A stretch of 64,000 nt of DNA from Chrysomallon squamiferum (taxonomy: Eukaryota; Animalia; Mollusca). How positions within the stretch are numbered: the stretch's first letter is position 1; each line of letters starts with the position of its first letter. Location: positions 27,590,001 through 27,654,000 of the forward strand of contig CM022677.1 in the NCBI GenBank assembly GCA_012295275.1, given 5' to 3'. The notes under the pieces were generated by a model, which made no database searches, was not told the DNA's origin, and saw only the letters and a program-made list of their open reading frames with translations. A program made the position numbers and the translations under genes. Shown piece by piece: positions 60,153 to 64,000 of this stretch.

Positions 60153-60377
60153 CGTCTGCACCGCTTCAATAATCCTCAACAACTCGGGTACGACACGCAC
60201 AAACCCGTCCCCTCTCTCGTTCCATCTCGTTTCTCTGTCCGCAAGCCGTTCGCCATATCTAGTCTCGTCTGCAGAAGTGATCAAACGATTACGGAAAGCG
60301 AGGCGGGAACGAGAGGCAGACCCCGCTCTTAGGCAGACGGCAATCGATAATATGCCATATATGGACAAATTGCTCAT
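60153..60377 (-). CDS. Probable first coding exon of a secreted protein (75 aa, signal-peptide-like N-terminus)
   Basis: MSNLSIYGILSIAVCLRAGSA-SRSRLAFRNRLITSADETRYGERLADRETRWNERGDGFVRVVPELLRIIEAVQT followed exactly by acg|gtaagt (phase 0). Non-repetitive, inside a CpG-rich island. Caveats: weak start context, and no downstream coding exon identified. Confidence 0.55.
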
Positions 60378-60790
60378 TCATGAGATGCAGTCACGTGACT
60401 GTGGTGACGACCTTTCGATCGATATTCGGTAGCCCCCGGCGTAGTCTGTACAATTTAGATTTTCGCTTAGTGTGGTTCTCCGTTAAGACATGCAGCCGAA
60501 TTAAACGTTGCGGTTTGAAACGACGCTTTAACCACGGCACACGCGTTTACTATCTCGTGACGACAACGTCCTGGCTGCGAGGTGGAGTGCAAAATGACTG
60601 CGAATTACCCGGATGGGCGGGATGGCAGCTTGTTAAGTGCACGAGACCCGGTTTTGATGGGAAAAGAGCGACGTGCTTTCACATGCAGTATAATTACACA
60701 GATGTAAATATCGCCGTTCCTGTATCCATGTATTAACAAGTACGCACCGAAATTTAATACGTGCAGATGAACGAACAGTCGCACATTCAT
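60378..60790 (-). promoter_or_regulatory. CpG-rich 5' UTR/promoter region of the putative secreted-protein gene
   Basis: 14-bp palindrome cagtcacgtgactg at 60388-60401, gggcgg box ~60615, high CpG. Confidence 0.45.
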
Positions 60791-60806
60791 TATATACATA
60801 TATAAA

Positions 60807-60887
<81 letters not shown>

Positions 60888-61317
60888 AACATCAAACTAT
60901 ATACAACAACAAACACCAGTGTACTCACAATTATTTACTTGATATATCGAAGAGACAGGTTTGAATATCTGAAATGAATGAATAAAGAAAGGTAAATAAA
61001 TAACATATAAATATATAAATAAATGAATAAATAACTAAACAAATGAATAACAGAATGAATGATTAAAAATAAATAAAACGAATGAATTATATTAAATATA
61101 AATAATATAATGAAAGGTTATATATGTATATATATATATATTTTATGTTTTATTCTTTTATATAGCAAGAGTTATCACCCCTGATAGAGAAAAAATAGAA
61201 GAAAAAAATTTGTTATAATTGTTTTCTTCTAAATAATACGTTCGGTTTTTTTGTTTAGTAAAGAGCAGAAACAGTTGGACGTGAATTATGTATCTTCCTT
61301 CTTGGCAATCGAGAAAG

Positions 61318-61419
<102 letters not shown>

Positions 61420-61868
61420 AATTATTATTTTGATTCTTGAACAAAGTGAAACAGATGCCTAAGACTGGATTACGACATTTCAGGAATAAAATAAATATAA
61501 AAACGAAAAGAAAGATTTTTTTTTTTTTTAACTAAAGATGAAATAACCAGGGCTTCGAGTGAAGTCCCGTTGTCCTCCAGGAGGAAGACAACCGCTAGCC
61601 TGTCATTGCATATGTTGGTAATTAATCACGAGCAAAGGTCAAACGAAGCTCTTTTCTTTCCGAGCAACGGGTCCTTGCCCGAGGTCCGGTTTAACCGTGA
61701 TTGATGCTCACGAGAGGGAGGCTGGGGCAATCGAGACAAACTCAAGACAGCAGGTTGTCCAATTGCGAAGATGAATGTGCTGTCTCGATTTTACAAAGTT
61801 GATACGATTCGGAAGGAATCGTTTTTTTCCGGAACTCCACAGAGGAAAGTCGGCGTAGGATGAAGTTT

Positions 61869-61905
<37 letters not shown>

Positions 61906-61985
61906 TTGAAAGAAAAAATAAGAATAAATAATGAGAAAAAGTTAAAAGAAAAAGAAAAATGGAAAAATGTTTTTAAGATACGATA

Positions 61986-62080
<95 letters not shown>

Positions 62081-62799
62081 CTCTGTATATCCTATCTTAT
62101 TATCTCTCTGTCTGTCTATATCTTTTCATCCATTTATTCATGTATATGTTTATATTTCTTTCAAAATGTTTAACTAATAGAACCAGTACGGTCCCAGGTG
62201 AAATACTTATTGTAAAATGTTTTATTCATAATCCGCACCACATATGCTATATCTATAGGGGTATGCAAATGATCTACACTGTCATTGGCTACTCCAAAGG
62301 ACATTTTTCTGTTAATTCATGCAGTGACGTCAGTAATAAACAGAAGTTTTTGACACTTTGATAATTGATTGTGCTCAGTTGCTATGGTAACGCAGAAGAG
62401 AAATATACAATTTAATAGTCAGATAGCCGGTTGGTATATTTTAATGTCTTGATCGAAAACAGAGTGAAAAATGGCTTTATTATTATTTAGTTTTTTATTA
62501 ATTTATATTTATTATTATTTTTATTTATTATTTTAAAGAAAAAAAGAATAAAGAAAAAATAACTAAAGTAAACAAAATAATTAATCAAACAAACAAACAA
62601 AATAAAAACAATACTAAAACAAATAATTAAATAGATCAGTAAATATTAAAAAAAAACAGCAGATAGATAGATGCATAAAACTAAATAAAGATAAATAATA
62701 ATAATAAATAAAATAAAAAAATCAATAAAAAAAAAAATTACGAAAAAAAATTAAATAAAAAATCGGTTAAATTCTATATAGAAAAGCTACCATTTCTGA

Positions 62800-63250
62800 G
62801 TTACCTCCCTTGAAACATTACGCAACCATTACAAAAAAATTAACAATGCCGCTACTAACGACGGGCCGACGTACTAGTCACGTGCTCTCTCGCGATATTA
62901 TCGTTCGATCCGCAGAAGGTCAGTGCGCTCGCTCTGTGCAGATATTTCATCTCGGAGAAATATCAATTTCACACTCGCTGTCATTTCAGTCGCCTTGGAG
63001 AATTGTCACTCAAAATATCGCCATGGCAACGTCACTGCACTTCTCTTGGCAACGTGACAGAAGCTCGGAAATTTTCGACGTAAAACGTTCATTGTTTGAT
63101 ACGAAACAGAGCCAAGAAAGGAACGAGGGACTTCGAGTTATTTCTGCTTAAACCGATCAAGGGTGGAGTTCTATTTTTAATTCTTTTTTATTTTTATTTT
63201 TTTAATTATTATTATTGAGGGGCGGGGCGGAAAGGGGCGGAGAGGAATAC
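62800..63250. promoter_or_regulatory. CpG-rich island with X-box-like sites and three clustered GC boxes
   Basis: atcgccatggcaac 63017-63030; ggggcggggcggaaaggggcgg ~63218-63240. Confidence 0.45.
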
Positions 63251-64000
63251 TTCTCTCTCTCGTTTCTTTTCCAAGTCAGAATTCATCGTAATAATTAACT
63301 CATTGATTTGAAAATGTGGATGCTTCTAGAAAAAGCCACCTAACTTCTTTGATTTTTTTTTAAAATTAATTAATTAATTAATTAATTAATTAATTATTAT
63401 TATTATTATTATTATTATTTTATGTTTCTTTGTGAATCCGATCCTTTCTTCCTCCAGGAGCTTGGCTCCTCCGTTTCCTTGCCGACCACTGTTTGTTTAT
63501 AATTTAAATTCATTTCGTTCGGAAATTTGCTGGGATCGTAAAGAAGCCCTTGTTTTGTTTTATGATGCCGTAGATTCGATCTTACGTTCAAACACAAGAC
63601 CTTCTTGCTTGTCTCTTCTTTCAAATAAAGAAGCCCCTCCCACCTCTGAATTTTTACGACAGAGTAGATCCGGTCCTCATTTTTTTTTTTTTTTTTTTCT
63701 CTTCAACTGCAAGACTTCTTGTCGCCTCGTGTTTCAATTAGGGGGGTTTCAATCCGAGCGTCCATTTTCTGCAGCGTCGGTTCAGACTATACTGCGCGCC
63801 AAAAGTAACGCAAACTGCTGAAACAACAGAGATCGAATTAAACTAATTAGAAACGTGGGAAGGATGGAAGACATTGGAGAACATGCCAAGACGCTTTGCT
63901 GCCCGAAGAAGAAGAAGAAGAAGAAGAAAAAAAAAATCTGATACTCGAAGAACGAAAATGATGAGGCATTTTGTTTGACTTTGTGGCAGGACATGAAATG

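Noticed and set aside
60380-60736. 118-aa + strand ORF head-to-head with the signal-peptide exon
   Set aside because: No domain, no splice support; consistent with a chance ORF in a CpG island.
62810-63821. 113-aa and 129-aa + strand ORFs
   Set aside because: Non-ATG starts, no homology recognised, the second crosses a poly-T run; treated as regulatory or intergenic.

Overview
AT-rich eukaryotic (animal, invertebrate-like; a mollusc is my guess, not established) genomic DNA. It is saturated with microsatellites ((AG)n, (AAT)n, (AC)n, (TAG)n, (AT)n, (TTTA)n, poly-A), which account for almost every ORF in the supplied track. One spliced coding sequence is well supported: the last three exons (+; 2153-2278, 2890-2949, 3732-3783) of a gene with a Tyr/Pro-rich C-terminus. 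Its 3' UTR holds a 30-bp tandem hairpin array, a G-quadruplex motif and an AATAAA. A probable first coding exon of a secreted protein lies at 60377-60153 (-), and I could not find its downstream coding exons. Between them is about 56 kb of largely non-coding sequence. This is made of short CpG-rich islands dense in CRE, TCACGTGA E-box, RFX X-box, DR1 and YY1-like motifs, separated by microsatellite tracts. It also contains several isolated minus-strand exon-like segments, a few minisatellites and local duplications, and one CpG-depleted block (~11.5-14.95 kb) carrying a decayed, apparently intron-containing ORF with OB-fold-like motifs. I recognised no rRNA, tRNA, CRISPR array or intact transposase/RT ORF, and I cannot support a claim of a clearly new biological system. 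The findings are leads only.
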